64,000 nucleotides of DNA from Rhizobiaceae bacterium (GTDB taxonomy: Bacteria; Pseudomonadota; Alphaproteobacteria; Rhizobiales; Rhizobiaceae), in the NCBI GenBank assembly GCA_049289295.1, contig JBATLL010000070.1, positions 109,204-173,203 on the forward strand, written 5' to 3'. The notes below the pieces were generated by a model that searched no databases, was not told the origin of the DNA, and was given only the letters and a program-made list of their open reading frames with translations. Position numbers and translations under genes: made by a program. Within the stretch, counting starts at the first letter, position 1, and each line of letters opens with the position of its first letter. Shown here piece after piece: positions 1 through 10,285 of this stretch.

Positions 1-2
1 CA

Positions 3-60
3 GTGATCAGCCTGCCAATGATCAGCCCGCAAATGATCAGCCCGCAAATGATCAGACGGA
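3..60. repeat. Tandem 15-bp repeat, about 3.8 copies, each with a TGATCA palindrome
   Basis: Read directly: gtgatcagcctgcca / atgatcagcccgcaa / atgatcagcccgcaa / atgatcagacgga. The repeat is truncated by the window edge. Confidence 0.8.
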
Positions 61-67
61 GAAATGC

Positions 68-1453
68 GTGAACATTGTCATGAGAAACCCGGTTCTGATT
101 GTTCTTTTACTGCTTGCAGCCCTTGTGCCAGGCCACGGATATGCCGGTCAGGCAGGCATTGCCGCAGATGGTCCCGAGATTCGGTATTTCAAGCTGGATA
201 ATGGCCTTGAGGTCGTAGCCATTCCCGATCACCGCGCGCCGGTCGTCACCCACATGATCTGGTACAAGATCGGGGCTGCCGACGAGCCGCGAGGAAAATC
301 AGGCATAGCCCATTTCCTCGAGCACCTTCTTTTCAAGGGGACCAAAACGGTTCCAGTCGGTGAATTCTCTGCAAAGGTCGCGGAAATCGGCGGACAGGAA
401 AATGCTTTCACTTCGGTGGACTACACCGCCTACTACCAGAAGGTGCCGCCCGAGGCGCTGGAAATGGTCATGGGCTACGAAGCAGACAGGATGGCAAATC
501 TCGTGCTGAAGCCCGAGGATATCGCCACGGAGCGCGATGTCATTCTGGAAGAACGCCGCCAGCGCGTGGATTCAAATCCCTCAGCCATCCTGGGTGAAAC
601 GGTGAACGCCGCCCTCTATGCCAACCACCCCTATTCCATTCCCATCATCGGATGGGAGCATGAGATGGCCGCCCTGACGCTGGAAGATGCCATGACCTTC
701 TACCAGCGATGGTACACGCCGCAAAACGCAGTGCTGATCGTGGCTGGCGACGTCGATCCACAAAAAGTGCTGGAACTCGCGCAAAAAAGCTACGGAAAGA
801 TTGCCGGGCGCGGCGATGGCGAAAAGCAATTTCGACCAAGCGAGCCCAATCTGCCCGGGACCCAGACGGTGACCTATCGTGATCGCCGGGTTTCCGTCCC
901 ATCGATGCGCCGTGTAGTCGCCACGCCGGCCTATGTCAGCGGCAAGGCTGGCGAGGCAGAAGCACTTGATATACTCGCTTCGATCCTTGGCGGAGCCCAG
1001 ACGAGCCGCATTCGCACCGCATTGATGGTCGATAACCCGATCGCATCGAGCGCCGGTGCCTGGTATCAAGGGGGTAACCGCGACTATGGCGAATTCGGCA
1101 TATACATTTCACCAAAACCGGATGTCCCGCTTGAACAGGCAGAGAATGAACTTTTGCAGGTTGTCGAAAAGCTTGTCGTCGAGGGCGTGACCCAGGAAGA
1201 AGTCGACAATGCGCGCGAGAGCCTCATCAAGGCTGCCTTTTTCGAACGCGATAGTCAGACCTCCATGGCAAGACTTTATGGCACGGTCATTGCTACCGGC
1301 GGAACGATTGATGACGTGGCGCAATGGCCGCAAAGACTGGCCGACGTGACCGTCGAGCAGGTCAACGAGGTAGCAAGGAAGTGGCTGTCCGGCGGGCGGC
1401 AGGTTACAGCCTATCTGCTTCCTGAAGCAGCAAACGGAGAAACTCGGCAATGA
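68..1453 (+). CDS. M16 (pitrilysin/insulinase) family zinc metallopeptidase, catalytic subunit, exported
   Basis: 461-aa ORF with a signal-like segment LIVLLLLAALVPGHGYA. Inverted zinc motif HFLEH (HxxEH). GGAGA lies 5 nt upstream of GTG 68; an alternative ATG is at 80. Confidence 0.9.
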   Translation: MNIVMRNPVLIVLLLLAALVPGHGYAGQAGIAADGPEIRYFKLDNGLEVVAIPDHRAPVVTHMIWYKIGAADEPRGKSGIAHFLEHLLFKGTKTVPVGEFSAKVAEIGGQENAFTSVDYTAYYQKVPPEALEMVMGYEADRMANLVLKPEDIATERDVILEERRQRVDSNPSAILGETVNAALYANHPYSIPIIGWEHEMAALTLEDAMTFYQRWYTPQNAVLIVAGDVDPQKVLELAQKSYGKIAGRGDGEKQFRPSEPNLPGTQTVTYRDRRVSVPSMRRVVATPAYVSGKAGEAEALDILASILGGAQTSRIRTALMVDNPIASSAGAWYQGGNRDYGEFGIYISPKPDVPLEQAENELLQVVEKLVVEGVTQEEVDNARESLIKAAFFERDSQTSMARLYGTVIATGGTIDDVAQWPQRLADVTVEQVNEVARKWLSGGRQVTAYLLPEAANGETRQ

Positions 1454-2784
1454 AGCGGTCATCCCTTGTCCATACCGGTTTTTCATTCCTGGCTGCAGCA
1501 CTGCTCTGCCTGTCGACGCTTGGCTTTTCATCCGCAGATGCGCGCGCGGTTGAAATAAGGGAGGTCACCTCACCGGGCGGAATAACTGCCTGGCTGGTCG
1601 AGGACTATTCGGTGCCGATCATTTCAATGGCCGTTTCATTTGCAGGCGGTTCCACGCAGGACCCCCAGGGACGCGAAGGCATGGCTGAACTGATCTCTGC
1701 ACTGTTTGATGAAGGCGCTGGCCCCTATGATTCAAAACAGTTTCAGGCGCGGATAGAAAAACTGGGGATTGATCTTTCCTACTCCGATGCGCGCGATGAA
1801 TTCACGGGTTCGTTGCGGACATTGCGTGACGATCGCGCTCAGGCATTCGAGATGATGCGTCTTTCGCTGTCGGAACTGCATTTCGAAGAGCGGTCCGTGG
1901 AACGCATGCGCGAAGCCGTGCTTGCCAATATCGAGCGCAAGCGCAACAGCCCTTCGTCGAAGTCCTCCGATGCGCTGCGTGAAGCCATGTTCGGCACACA
2001 CCCCTATGGCCGCGAAAGCCAGGGCAAGTCCGAGACGGTTGCGGCAATCAGCCGAGAGGAAATGATCGCCCATTTCAACCGGCTTTTTGCCAGGGACAAC
2101 CTCAAGGTCGGCATCGTTGGCGCGATTTCACCAGATGAAGCGCGCACGATGCTGGACCAGGTCTTCGGCAAGCTCCCGGACAAGGCTGAACTCACGCCTG
2201 TCGACGACATGGTTCCGGAATTCGGCAAGTCCATCCGCATCGATGAGGACATGCCGCAGTCGACCATCACCTTGATCTATCCAGGCGTCAAACGCGACGC
2301 GCCCGATTTCTTCGCAGCCTATCTCGCCAACCACATCCTTGGTGGCGGCACCTTTTCCTCGCGGCTGTACGATACTGTTCGTGAGAAACGCGGTCTTGCC
2401 TATTCCGTCAATTCGACCCTTGCGACCTATCGCCATGCGTCTTTCGTTGCGATCAGCGCTGCGACGCGAGCCGACCGCGAGGAGGAAACCCTTTCCATCA
2501 TGAGATCGGAAACGGAACGACTGGCAAAGGAAGGCCCGACACAGGCTGAACTGGATGCCGCCAAGAAATATGTAATCGGCTCCTACGCCATCAACAATCT
2601 TGATTCCTCGACGCGTATCGCCGGTGTGCTCATCAGTCTCCAGACCGAAAATCTTGGCATAGACTATATTGATACCCGCGCGGCTAAGATTGCAGCCGTG
2701 ACGCTGGACGATGTCCGGAAGGCGGCCAGAAAGCTGTTCTCGGCCACGCCCACCCAGGTTGTGGTTGGCCCGCCAAGGACCTGA
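1450..2784 (+). CDS. M16 family peptidase-like protein, probably the non-catalytic partner
   Basis: 444 aa with a signal peptide. M16 fold by similarity to the upstream gene, but GMAELI replaces HxxEH. ATGA start/stop overlap with the upstream gene. Confidence 0.85.
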   Translation: MKRSSLVHTGFSFLAAALLCLSTLGFSSADARAVEIREVTSPGGITAWLVEDYSVPIISMAVSFAGGSTQDPQGREGMAELISALFDEGAGPYDSKQFQARIEKLGIDLSYSDARDEFTGSLRTLRDDRAQAFEMMRLSLSELHFEERSVERMREAVLANIERKRNSPSSKSSDALREAMFGTHPYGRESQGKSETVAAISREEMIAHFNRLFARDNLKVGIVGAISPDEARTMLDQVFGKLPDKAELTPVDDMVPEFGKSIRIDEDMPQSTITLIYPGVKRDAPDFFAAYLANHILGGGTFSSRLYDTVREKRGLAYSVNSTLATYRHASFVAISAATRADREEETLSIMRSETERLAKEGPTQAELDAAKKYVIGSYAINNLDSSTRIAGVLISLQTENLGIDYIDTRAAKIAAVTLDDVRKAARKLFSATPTQVVVGPPRT

Positions 2785-2817
2785 ACCGTCACCTGGTCGG
2801 TAAAGAGGACAATAACC

Positions 2818-3642
2818 ATGTCGGATGTTGCACTGGTTCTGGGCGGCGGCGGTGCGCGCGGACTATCCCATGTTCATGTGCTGGAAGCCTTTGATGATCT
2901 GGGTGTGCGACCAGCGGTGATCGCAGGATCCTCGATCGGATCGATCATGGGTGCGGCCTATGCGGCGGGAATGAGCGGCGCGGAAATTCGCAACTACATG
3001 GTCGATGTGCTGGGAGACCGGGCGGCAGTTGCGTCGCGGCTCATCAAGTTGCGTCCCGACAGCTTGCGCTCGATCATCGATTCCTTCCCGCGGTTTGGCG
3101 AGCTCAATGCCGAAAAGGTCCTGCGGGCTTTCCTGCCGCAGGCGATACCAGACCGGTTCGACCAGCTCGAAATCCCGCTTCGCGTGACGGCCACGGATTT
3201 TTTCGGCAACGCGCTGACGGTAATAGATAGCGGCGACCTCTACCCTGCAATGGCTGCATCTGCCGCCATTCCTGCCGTCTTCAGGCCGGTCATGATCAAT
3301 GGACGCGTTCATGTCGATGGAGGCATTGCCAGCCCGGTGCCGATCGAACTCGTGGACGGGGAAAACCGGCTGGTTGTTGCCGTTGACGTCGTTGGCATGC
3401 CGGAAGGCAATCCATCGGTGATACCAGGTCGCATCGCGGCTGCCTTTGGCGCAAGCCAGTTGCTGATGCAGTCCGTCATCGACATGAAGCTGAAGCTTCA
3501 CCAGCCCGACCTGCTGATCCGTCCCGCGGTCAATGAGTTTCGCGTTCTGGATTTCCTGCAGGCAGAAAAGATCATCGAGCGCACCAGGCCGACAAGGGCC
3601 GAGACCCGGACACGGCTTGAACAGCTCCTGCTGGCTGTCTGA
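2818..3642 (+). CDS. Patatin-like phospholipase
   Basis: GGGGARG oxyanion motif, GSSIGS (GxSxG) nucleophile and DGG catalytic Asp motif, all present in order. Confidence 0.9.
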   Translation: MSDVALVLGGGGARGLSHVHVLEAFDDLGVRPAVIAGSSIGSIMGAAYAAGMSGAEIRNYMVDVLGDRAAVASRLIKLRPDSLRSIIDSFPRFGELNAEKVLRAFLPQAIPDRFDQLEIPLRVTATDFFGNALTVIDSGDLYPAMAASAAIPAVFRPVMINGRVHVDGGIASPVPIELVDGENRLVVAVDVVGMPEGNPSVIPGRIAAAFGASQLLMQSVIDMKLKLHQPDLLIRPAVNEFRVLDFLQAEKIIERTRPTRAETRTRLEQLLLAV

Positions 3643-5085
3643 TCAGTTTCCGGGAATGGAAGCGGGGCGCACAGTCTTGGCCTTGCGTTGTGCAAGTAGA
3701 GCTTCCTGCCGGGATTGATCGCGTGCCGTGCGTTCCGGCAATTGCCGCAGCACGCGGTAGCAGGCCAGGACGGAAACAATCCCGAACACCACGCTTCCCG
3801 CGCCCCACCCTGCCAGCACACCTTGTGGACCATAGGCAAGACCGACATGGACGAACGGGATGACGCCCAGTGTCGCGCGGCCCCAGTTGAACACGGTCGA
3901 GAGGATGGGATTGCCGAGATTGTTGAAGGCCGCATTGGCCACGAACAGGGCACCATTGAAGATGAAGCTTCCCGCCACGAAAAGACAGAAGAACCGCACG
4001 AGCGACGCCGCATCCCCCGTTGCTCCGAACATCCAGATGATGAAGGGACTGGCGAGCGCCAGCAGCGCCCACATCGCCATCACGTAGACGAAAGTGAAGA
4101 TGAGCGAGTCCCGCATGGTCGCATTGACCCTGTCGAACAGGCCTGCGCCGTAATTCTGGCTCAGTATCGGCCCCACTGCGCCTGAGAGCGAGAATATGGC
4201 TGCAAAGGCCAGCGGCATGATGCGACCCGCAATTGCCCAGCCAGCGACAGCATCGTCTCCGAATGTGGCTATCGCTCCCGTCACATAGGCATTGCCGACA
4301 GGCGTTGCGATCTGGGTAAGGACCGCCGGGCCTCCAATCGCCATGAATGGTCTCAGCATGCCCAGGATCCAGGCCACATCAGGCTTGCGGATCATCCGGT
4401 GAACCCGCCACACGCCATGCCAGCCAACCAGCACCATGATGCACCTGACAATCACGATGGCGATGGCTGCTCCTGTTATTCCAAGGTTCAGCCCGAAAAT
4501 CAGCAACGGATCAATGATTGCGGCAGAAAGGCCCGAGGAAAGCGTGACATACATTGCACGGCGCGCATCGCCGCGCGCACGCAACAGGCCGGACAAGCAC
4601 ATGCCTGCGCCCAGCAGGGGAATTGAAGGAACCACGATCCGCATGAAATGCAGGGCTATGTCGTATGTCTCGCCCTTGGCCCCGATCAGTGACAGGGCGG
4701 GTCCCAGCAGCGGAAACACGACAATGGCAAGCAGGGTGGTGGCTATTACCATGATCGCCAGCGAGCCACCGGCAAACAGGCCGGCGCGTTCAGGATCGCG
4801 TGCGCCGATTGCACGCGCAGTGATCGCCGTCGCGGCAATCGTGAGGCCGATGCACACGGACAGGACGAAGAACATGATCGTCGACGCATAACCGACGGCA
4901 GCCGCAAGCTCCTGCTGTCCGAGCATGGAAATGTAGAACAGGTTGGCGAGATCGACGATGAAGATCGCTATCAGACCAACCGCGCCCGTGGACGACATGA
5001 CGAATACATGGCGCATCGTCGAGCCGAGAGTGAAGGCACCACGGTCGCCATGCGACGGTGCTTTGGGTGGAGATGTATCTGGCAA
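3643..5085 (-). CDS. MATE family efflux transporter
   Basis: 480 aa and about 12 hydrophobic helices. Two-fold repeat architecture typical of NorM/DinF-type MATE proteins. Confidence 0.8.
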   Translation of the reverse strand: MPDTSPPKAPSHGDRGAFTLGSTMRHVFVMSSTGAVGLIAIFIVDLANLFYISMLGQQELAAAVGYASTIMFFVLSVCIGLTIAATAITARAIGARDPERAGLFAGGSLAIMVIATTLLAIVVFPLLGPALSLIGAKGETYDIALHFMRIVVPSIPLLGAGMCLSGLLRARGDARRAMYVTLSSGLSAAIIDPLLIFGLNLGITGAAIAIVIVRCIMVLVGWHGVWRVHRMIRKPDVAWILGMLRPFMAIGGPAVLTQIATPVGNAYVTGAIATFGDDAVAGWAIAGRIMPLAFAAIFSLSGAVGPILSQNYGAGLFDRVNATMRDSLIFTFVYVMAMWALLALASPFIIWMFGATGDAASLVRFFCLFVAGSFIFNGALFVANAAFNNLGNPILSTVFNWGRATLGVIPFVHVGLAYGPQGVLAGWGAGSVVFGIVSVLACYRVLRQLPERTARDQSRQEALLAQRKAKTVRPASIPGN

Positions 5086-5091
5086 GGTTGT

Positions 5092-6918
5092 TCAATGCCC
5101 TGATGCGGGTTCGTCAGTCTGTTCGGGTTCCTCGATGATGCTTCGGGAGCCTTCATCAAGCGCTTCGGCTTCATGCTTGGGTTCCAGAAGTGGCTCCGGC
5201 CTCACAGGTTTCACATGCAGCATGTGCGAACCTGCCATGATTCCTTCGCTCTTCTGTACGATCAGTCTTTCCGCATCGCGCCTTCTGACATCTGCGACCA
5301 GCGATTCGGCTTCTTCTCGTGAACTGCCGAGAGCTTCAAGCATTTTGCCTCCAAGAACAAGCGCGGATTCGAAGGTCTCGCGGATATGGTAGTCCACATC
5401 CATTTTCATCAGGGCGAGCGCGTGCCCGCGATCATAGGCGCGCACATAAAGCAGCTTCTGCGGCCACTGGCGCGAGATGATTTCGACGATCTTGTTTGTC
5501 GCCTCCGGCTTGTGCGTGCAGATTGCGACCAGCTCCGCCTGCTCGATGCCTGCAAGCTTCAGCACATCTGGCCGTGTACCATCGCCGAAATAGATACGAA
5601 AGCCGAAGCGCGATGCATTGCGAATCTGTACCGGATCATTGTCTATTATCGTCACCTCGACGCCGCCCGCCAGCAATGCCTGCGAAGCGACCTGGCCCAT
5701 GCGCGAGAATCCGATAATCAGTACCGGGGAACCTGCACCTTCGAAATCCTCGTCCGGCTCTTCCACCTTTACCCGGTCCAGCACAATCTCTCCCAGCCGG
5801 ATGGAGGCCGGTGTCAGGATCATGGACAGCACCACGATTGAAATCAGGATGGACGAGGCATCGCGGTCGAGGATGCCATAGGAAAGGGCCGCTGAAAAAA
5901 GCACGAACCCGAATTCGCCATGCTGCGTGAGGACGGCCGCAGTGCGTACGCTTGCCGCGTGTGAATTGCCGAACAATCGACCCGGTATGTAGATAAGGAC
6001 CGCCTTGACCGCCATTGCCACCGGCACGCAGATCACGATCACGTACCAGTAGCGCGCGAGCACACCGATATCGACAGACATGCCGACCGCCATGAAGAAC
6101 AGGCCCAGAAGCAACCCGCGAAAGGGCTCGATATCGGCTTCCAGTTCGTGGCGAAAGGTTGAATCGGCAAGCAGAACACCAGCCAGGAATGCGCCAAGCG
6201 CCATGGAGAGGCCCGCGGCCTGCATGAGCATGGCGGAACCGAAAACCACGAGCAGTGCAGCGGCAATCATCACTTCCCGCGCGCCTGTTTTCGCGATCGC
6301 GCGCAGCAACGGATCGAGCAGGTAGCGCCCGGCCAGCATGATTACCGCAATGGCAGCCAGTCCGATCATGAATTCGTTCCAGCCGAGGCCGGTCTCATTG
6401 CGATTTGACAACAATGGTACGAGGGCGAGCAGCGGGACGATGGCAATATCCTGCAGCAGCAGGATTGCGAAGGCCTTCCGCCCGTGCAGGGAATTCGTGT
6501 CTCCGCTCTCCTCCAGCATCTGCAGCGCAAACGCGGTGGAAGACAGGGCAAGGCCGAAACCGGCAATGATCGCCTGGTTGACCCTGTCGAAAAGGAACCC
6601 GGCCAGCAGCGACAGGATCAGCCCGCACAATATCACCTGCATGGTCCCCATGCCGAAGATATCGTAGCGCATCGCCCAAAGCCTGGAAGGCTTGAGCTCC
6701 AGCCCGATGAGAAACAGGAGCATGACGACGCCGAGTTCGGCGAAGTGCAGGATTTCCTCGGCATCGCCGATGAATCCGACGATCGGACCAATCACGATTC
6801 CCGCCGCGAGATAACCCAGAACGGTTGCCAGCCCCATCCGCTTGAACAGGGTGCCCGCAATCACCGCGCCGCCAAGCAGGACGATGGTATCGAGGAACAG
6901 CGGCGGAATGCTTGCCAA
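5092..6918 (-). CDS. kefB: CPA2 monovalent cation:proton antiporter with C-terminal TrkA-N/KTN domain (KefB/KefC type K+ efflux)
   Basis: 608 aa. N-terminal Na+/H+ exchanger-like membrane domain followed by the Rossmann segment VLIIGFSRMGQVASQALLAGGVEVTIIDND. Confidence 0.8.
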   Translation of the reverse strand: MASIPPLFLDTIVLLGGAVIAGTLFKRMGLATVLGYLAAGIVIGPIVGFIGDAEEILHFAELGVVMLLFLIGLELKPSRLWAMRYDIFGMGTMQVILCGLILSLLAGFLFDRVNQAIIAGFGLALSSTAFALQMLEESGDTNSLHGRKAFAILLLQDIAIVPLLALVPLLSNRNETGLGWNEFMIGLAAIAVIMLAGRYLLDPLLRAIAKTGAREVMIAAALLVVFGSAMLMQAAGLSMALGAFLAGVLLADSTFRHELEADIEPFRGLLLGLFFMAVGMSVDIGVLARYWYVIVICVPVAMAVKAVLIYIPGRLFGNSHAASVRTAAVLTQHGEFGFVLFSAALSYGILDRDASSILISIVVLSMILTPASIRLGEIVLDRVKVEEPDEDFEGAGSPVLIIGFSRMGQVASQALLAGGVEVTIIDNDPVQIRNASRFGFRIYFGDGTRPDVLKLAGIEQAELVAICTHKPEATNKIVEIISRQWPQKLLYVRAYDRGHALALMKMDVDYHIRETFESALVLGGKMLEALGSSREEAESLVADVRRRDAERLIVQKSEGIMAGSHMLHVKPVRPEPLLEPKHEAEALDEGSRSIIEEPEQTDEPASGH

Positions 6919-7044
6919 CGCGTCTACCCTTTCTTCTGCGGGAATGATGCCGGCTCAATACTCGCTGCAACGCTTACCGTTGTCAAAGAAAGCAGGCTCC
7001 GCTATGTCCGCCATGATGCGATTGTTGCAGGCTGCGAGGATGAG

Positions 7045-8388
7045 ATGGCGGAAATGATTGACCTGGCACGGCTTCAGAAGGATGCAATGCGGCTTGTTGA
7101 GGCGGCACAGCGCGCCGGTGCCGATCATTGTGACGTCGTTGTCGCCCATGGCCAGTCAGTTGGCATGGATGTTCGCGATGGCAAGGTCGAGAACTCCCGC
7201 CGCGCCGAGGCAGACACGTTTTCCTTGCGCGTCTTCTGTTCGAACCAGGTCGCGAGCGTCAACACCAACACCGCCCTTGAACTGGATGCGCTGGCCGAAC
7301 GTGCCGTTGCCATGGCACGCGTGTCGCCTGAGGATGCCTATCAGGGCCTTGCTCCCGCTGAAGACCTGGCCGCCGGGTTTCCTGACCTCGACCTGTGCGA
7401 CGCAAGTGTTCCTGAAATTGACGATCTGACAAAACGCGCGCTCGCCTGCGAAGAGGCCGGTCTGTCTGTGACAGGCGTGTCGAAGTCGATGGGAGCGTCC
7501 GCCGGGTGGGGGCTTTCCGGCTTCGTGCTGGCGACATCGCACGGCTTCAGGGGCTCCTACAGCGTTTCGCGTCACTCCATGTCCTGCGCGATGGTTGCAG
7601 GCGAAGGCACGTCCATGGAGCGCGATTATGATTATCATTCGGCGGTCCATGGTGATGACCTCGAAGACCCGACCCGGTTGGGGCGCAACGCAGGCGAACG
7701 CGCAGTACGCCGCATTGATCCACGCCAGGTCGACAGTGCCACTGTCCCCGTCCTGTTTGACAAGCGCGTGGCAAGCGGTCTCGTTGCGGCGCTGGCTGGC
7801 GCGATCAACGGTTCTTCCATAGCCCGCAAGACGAGCTTCCTGCGCAACATGATGGGCAAGGCCGTGGCCAATCCCCGCATCACCCTGATTTGCGATCCGT
7901 TGCGCCAGCGAGGCCTGGCTTCACGACCTTTCGATGGCGAGGGCATGGGGCATTCCGCGATGCGCTTTGTCGAGAAAGGTATCCTGAAGGATTGGGTGCT
8001 TGATTGGGCAACCGCAAGGGAACTGGGACTGAGAAGCAATGGCCGCGCGACCAGAAGCGGATCGGGAACCAGCCCGGCGACAACCAACCTTCATCTTGAA
8101 CCCGGGACCGCTTCGCTCGAGGACATGATCGCATCAATCGACAAGGGTCTCTATCTGACGGAAACAATCGGCCATGGCATCAACATGGTGACGGGCGATT
8201 TCTCGAAAGGTGCCTCCGGCTTCTGGATCGAGAATGGCAAGATCGCCTGGCCGGTGGCGGGGATCACAATCGCAGGCAATCTGAAGGACATGTTCGCAAC
8301 GATGGAGCCAGCGAACGACCTCGAGTTTCGTGGCGCGACCAATTCACCGTCCCTGCTGGTCGAGGCGATGACGGTGGGCGGAAAGTGA
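7045..8388 (+). CDS. pmbA: PmbA/TldE metalloprotease-associated protein (TldD/PmbA family)
   Basis: Family-typical N-terminus starting at MAEMIDLARLQKDA and C-terminal GASGFWIENGKI motif. The ORF-track start at 6484 is an upstream read-through that overlaps kefB on the opposite strand. Confidence 0.85.
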   Translation: MAEMIDLARLQKDAMRLVEAAQRAGADHCDVVVAHGQSVGMDVRDGKVENSRRAEADTFSLRVFCSNQVASVNTNTALELDALAERAVAMARVSPEDAYQGLAPAEDLAAGFPDLDLCDASVPEIDDLTKRALACEEAGLSVTGVSKSMGASAGWGLSGFVLATSHGFRGSYSVSRHSMSCAMVAGEGTSMERDYDYHSAVHGDDLEDPTRLGRNAGERAVRRIDPRQVDSATVPVLFDKRVASGLVAALAGAINGSSIARKTSFLRNMMGKAVANPRITLICDPLRQRGLASRPFDGEGMGHSAMRFVEKGILKDWVLDWATARELGLRSNGRATRSGSGTSPATTNLHLEPGTASLEDMIASIDKGLYLTETIGHGINMVTGDFSKGASGFWIENGKIAWPVAGITIAGNLKDMFATMEPANDLEFRGATNSPSLLVEAMTVGGK

Positions 8389-9182
8389 CAGGTCTCGTCC
8401 CCGCAACCCAGGTGCAGCCGGTCATGCTGGACATTGTCGAACGCGCGGGGTCCATTGCGCTTGGCTATTTCGGATCGCAAAATCCCAGTTGGACCAAGGC
8501 GGGCAATTCGCCGGTTTCGCAGGCCGATATCGAGGTAGATACCTTCCTGGCAAAGGCATTGCTCGAAGCCTTTCCCTCGCACGGCTGGCTATCGGAGGAA
8601 TCGGAGGATACCGGTGAGCGCCTCTCGCATCGCCAGATTTTCATCGCCGACCCGATCGATGGAACCCGTGGTTTCCTGGCTGGTGATCCGCATTGGTGCA
8701 TAAGTCTCGCAAGGCTCACGGACGGGCGCCCGGATGCTGCAATTGTCCACTGTCCCGCACTTGGGAGGACCTGGTCGGCTATTGCAGGCAAGGGCGCGAC
8801 CCTGAACGCGGAACCGATCTTGCCGGAACGTGGGAAGGCCATTGCCAGCCTTGCAGGTTCACGAAAGATCAATGAGGCAATCGAGGCGTTCGCACCGGGG
8901 AAATACGCGGTGGCACCCTATTACCCGTCGCTGGCCTACCGCCTAGTCCTTGTTGCCAGCGGCGAAATTGACGGCGCGTATGCCCGCGGTGGCTCGCATG
9001 AATGGGACATCGCTGCGGCAGACCTGATCCTGGAGGAGGCAGGCAGCACACTTGCCTGTGTCGACGGTTCGAGGATCGACTACAACAACAAGAACATCCG
9101 CGCGCCTGCGCTGCTTGCTGCTGGCCCGGGCATGCTGCCGGAACTTCTTGATCTTGCGAAAAGAGGCCGCTTCCTTCAATAG
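8385..9182 (+). CDS. Inositol monophosphatase family protein (IMPase/CysQ-like phosphatase)
   Basis: Motifs WLSEESED, IADPIDGTRGF and WDIAAADLILEEAG. The GTG start overlaps the pmbA stop. Confidence 0.85.
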   Translation: MTGLVPATQVQPVMLDIVERAGSIALGYFGSQNPSWTKAGNSPVSQADIEVDTFLAKALLEAFPSHGWLSEESEDTGERLSHRQIFIADPIDGTRGFLAGDPHWCISLARLTDGRPDAAIVHCPALGRTWSAIAGKGATLNAEPILPERGKAIASLAGSRKINEAIEAFAPGKYAVAPYYPSLAYRLVLVASGEIDGAYARGGSHEWDIAAADLILEEAGSTLACVDGSRIDYNNKNIRAPALLAAGPGMLPELLDLAKRGRFLQ

Positions 9183-9254
9183 GAAGACCTTCGCGCTCCT
9201 CTACCTGCACCAGGCTTCGCTGGAGCGCATGAAAGCGTCACACGGAAAACTGCG

Positions 9255-9512
9255 ATGAGTAAAGAAACCGACCAGTCCAACAAGAACCAGTTGCTGCATC
9301 TCGTCTTCGGCGGCGAACTCGATGATCCATCCACGGTACGTTTCCGCGACCTCGATGCGCTGGATATCGTGGGGATTTTCCCCGACTACAACTCGGCGCA
9401 TCGCGCCTGGAAAGCCAAGGCACAGCAGACCGTGGACAATGCGCATATGCGCTATTTCATCGTTCACATGCACCGCCTGCTTGACCCACATGGCGAAGAC
9501 AAGTCTGACTAG
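9255..9512 (+). CDS. DUF4170 domain protein
   Basis: 85 aa. LVFGGEL...DIVGIFPDY...AWKAKAQQTVDNAHMRYFIVHMHRLLDP matches the small conserved protein found upstream of waaA in Rhizobiales. Confidence 0.7.
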   Translation: MSKETDQSNKNQLLHLVFGGELDDPSTVRFRDLDALDIVGIFPDYNSAHRAWKAKAQQTVDNAHMRYFIVHMHRLLDPHGEDKSD

Positions 9513-9526
9513 GCGATAGCAAGACA

Positions 9527-10285
9527 ATGCTGCCAACCGGCAACCGTGCACCCAAGAACCGCAGGAAGACCCCGGCCTGGATCAAGCGTCCGGGCAAGTT
9601 CCTGTCCGACAGCGGACTGCTCACGGCCTTGGCATCGCGCCTGGGTGTCTGGTACCTCAAACTGGTGTTTCACACCAACGCATGGACGGTTGAACCGGCT
9701 GACGCGTTGGACATCGCAAAACCGCATTTGCCTGTAATTGCCACCGTCTGGCACGGCCAGCATGTACTGCTGCCGGTCATTCCCATCGGCCTCAAGGCTT
9801 CCGTGATGATATCGCGCAGCATTGATGGCGAAATCACCGCACGTATCGCGCAGGCATTCGGGGCAAAACCGATCCGCGCATCGGGTGGACGCGAGCGAGG
9901 CAAGGCGTTGCAGAAAGGTGGAATCAAGGGTTTTCTGGACATGCTCGCGGCGCTTGAACGCGGTGAAAACGTCCTTCAGACCGCAGATGTCCCCAAGGGA
10001 ACGCCGCGCAAGGCCGGTTCGGGAGTGATTCAGCTTGCAAAACATTCCGGCCGGCCCATCATTCCCCTGGCGGTGGCTTCTTCGCGTCGCTGGATCCTGA
10101 AGCGGGCCTGGGACCGCACCACCGTCAACCTGCCGTTTGGAAGGTCGGCCATCTGCATGGGCGAGCCTATCTATGTGCCTGGGGATGCGAATGACCAGGA
10201 ATTGGAAATCCTGCGCGGCAGGCTGGAGACGGAAATGAACAGGATAACGGCCCGCGCCTATGAACTGGGTGGCAATCCCGAATGA
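9527..10285 (+). CDS. DUF374 / lysophospholipid acyltransferase-like protein
   Basis: 252 aa, immediately upstream of waaA with an ATGA overlap. This is the conserved position of DUF374 in alphaproteobacterial lipid A core loci. Confidence 0.7.
   Translation: MLPTGNRAPKNRRKTPAWIKRPGKFLSDSGLLTALASRLGVWYLKLVFHTNAWTVEPADALDIAKPHLPVIATVWHGQHVLLPVIPIGLKASVMISRSIDGEITARIAQAFGAKPIRASGGRERGKALQKGGIKGFLDMLAALERGENVLQTADVPKGTPRKAGSGVIQLAKHSGRPIIPLAVASSRRWILKRAWDRTTVNLPFGRSAICMGEPIYVPGDANDQELEILRGRLETEMNRITARAYELGGNPE

Noticed and set aside
6484-7044. A 561-nt upstream extension of the pmbA ORF (the ORF-track call is 634 aa).
   Set aside because: The extension is low-complexity (Q/R/D/E-rich) and lies antisense to the well-supported kefB N-terminus. 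The PmbA family sequence begins at MAEMIDL (7045).
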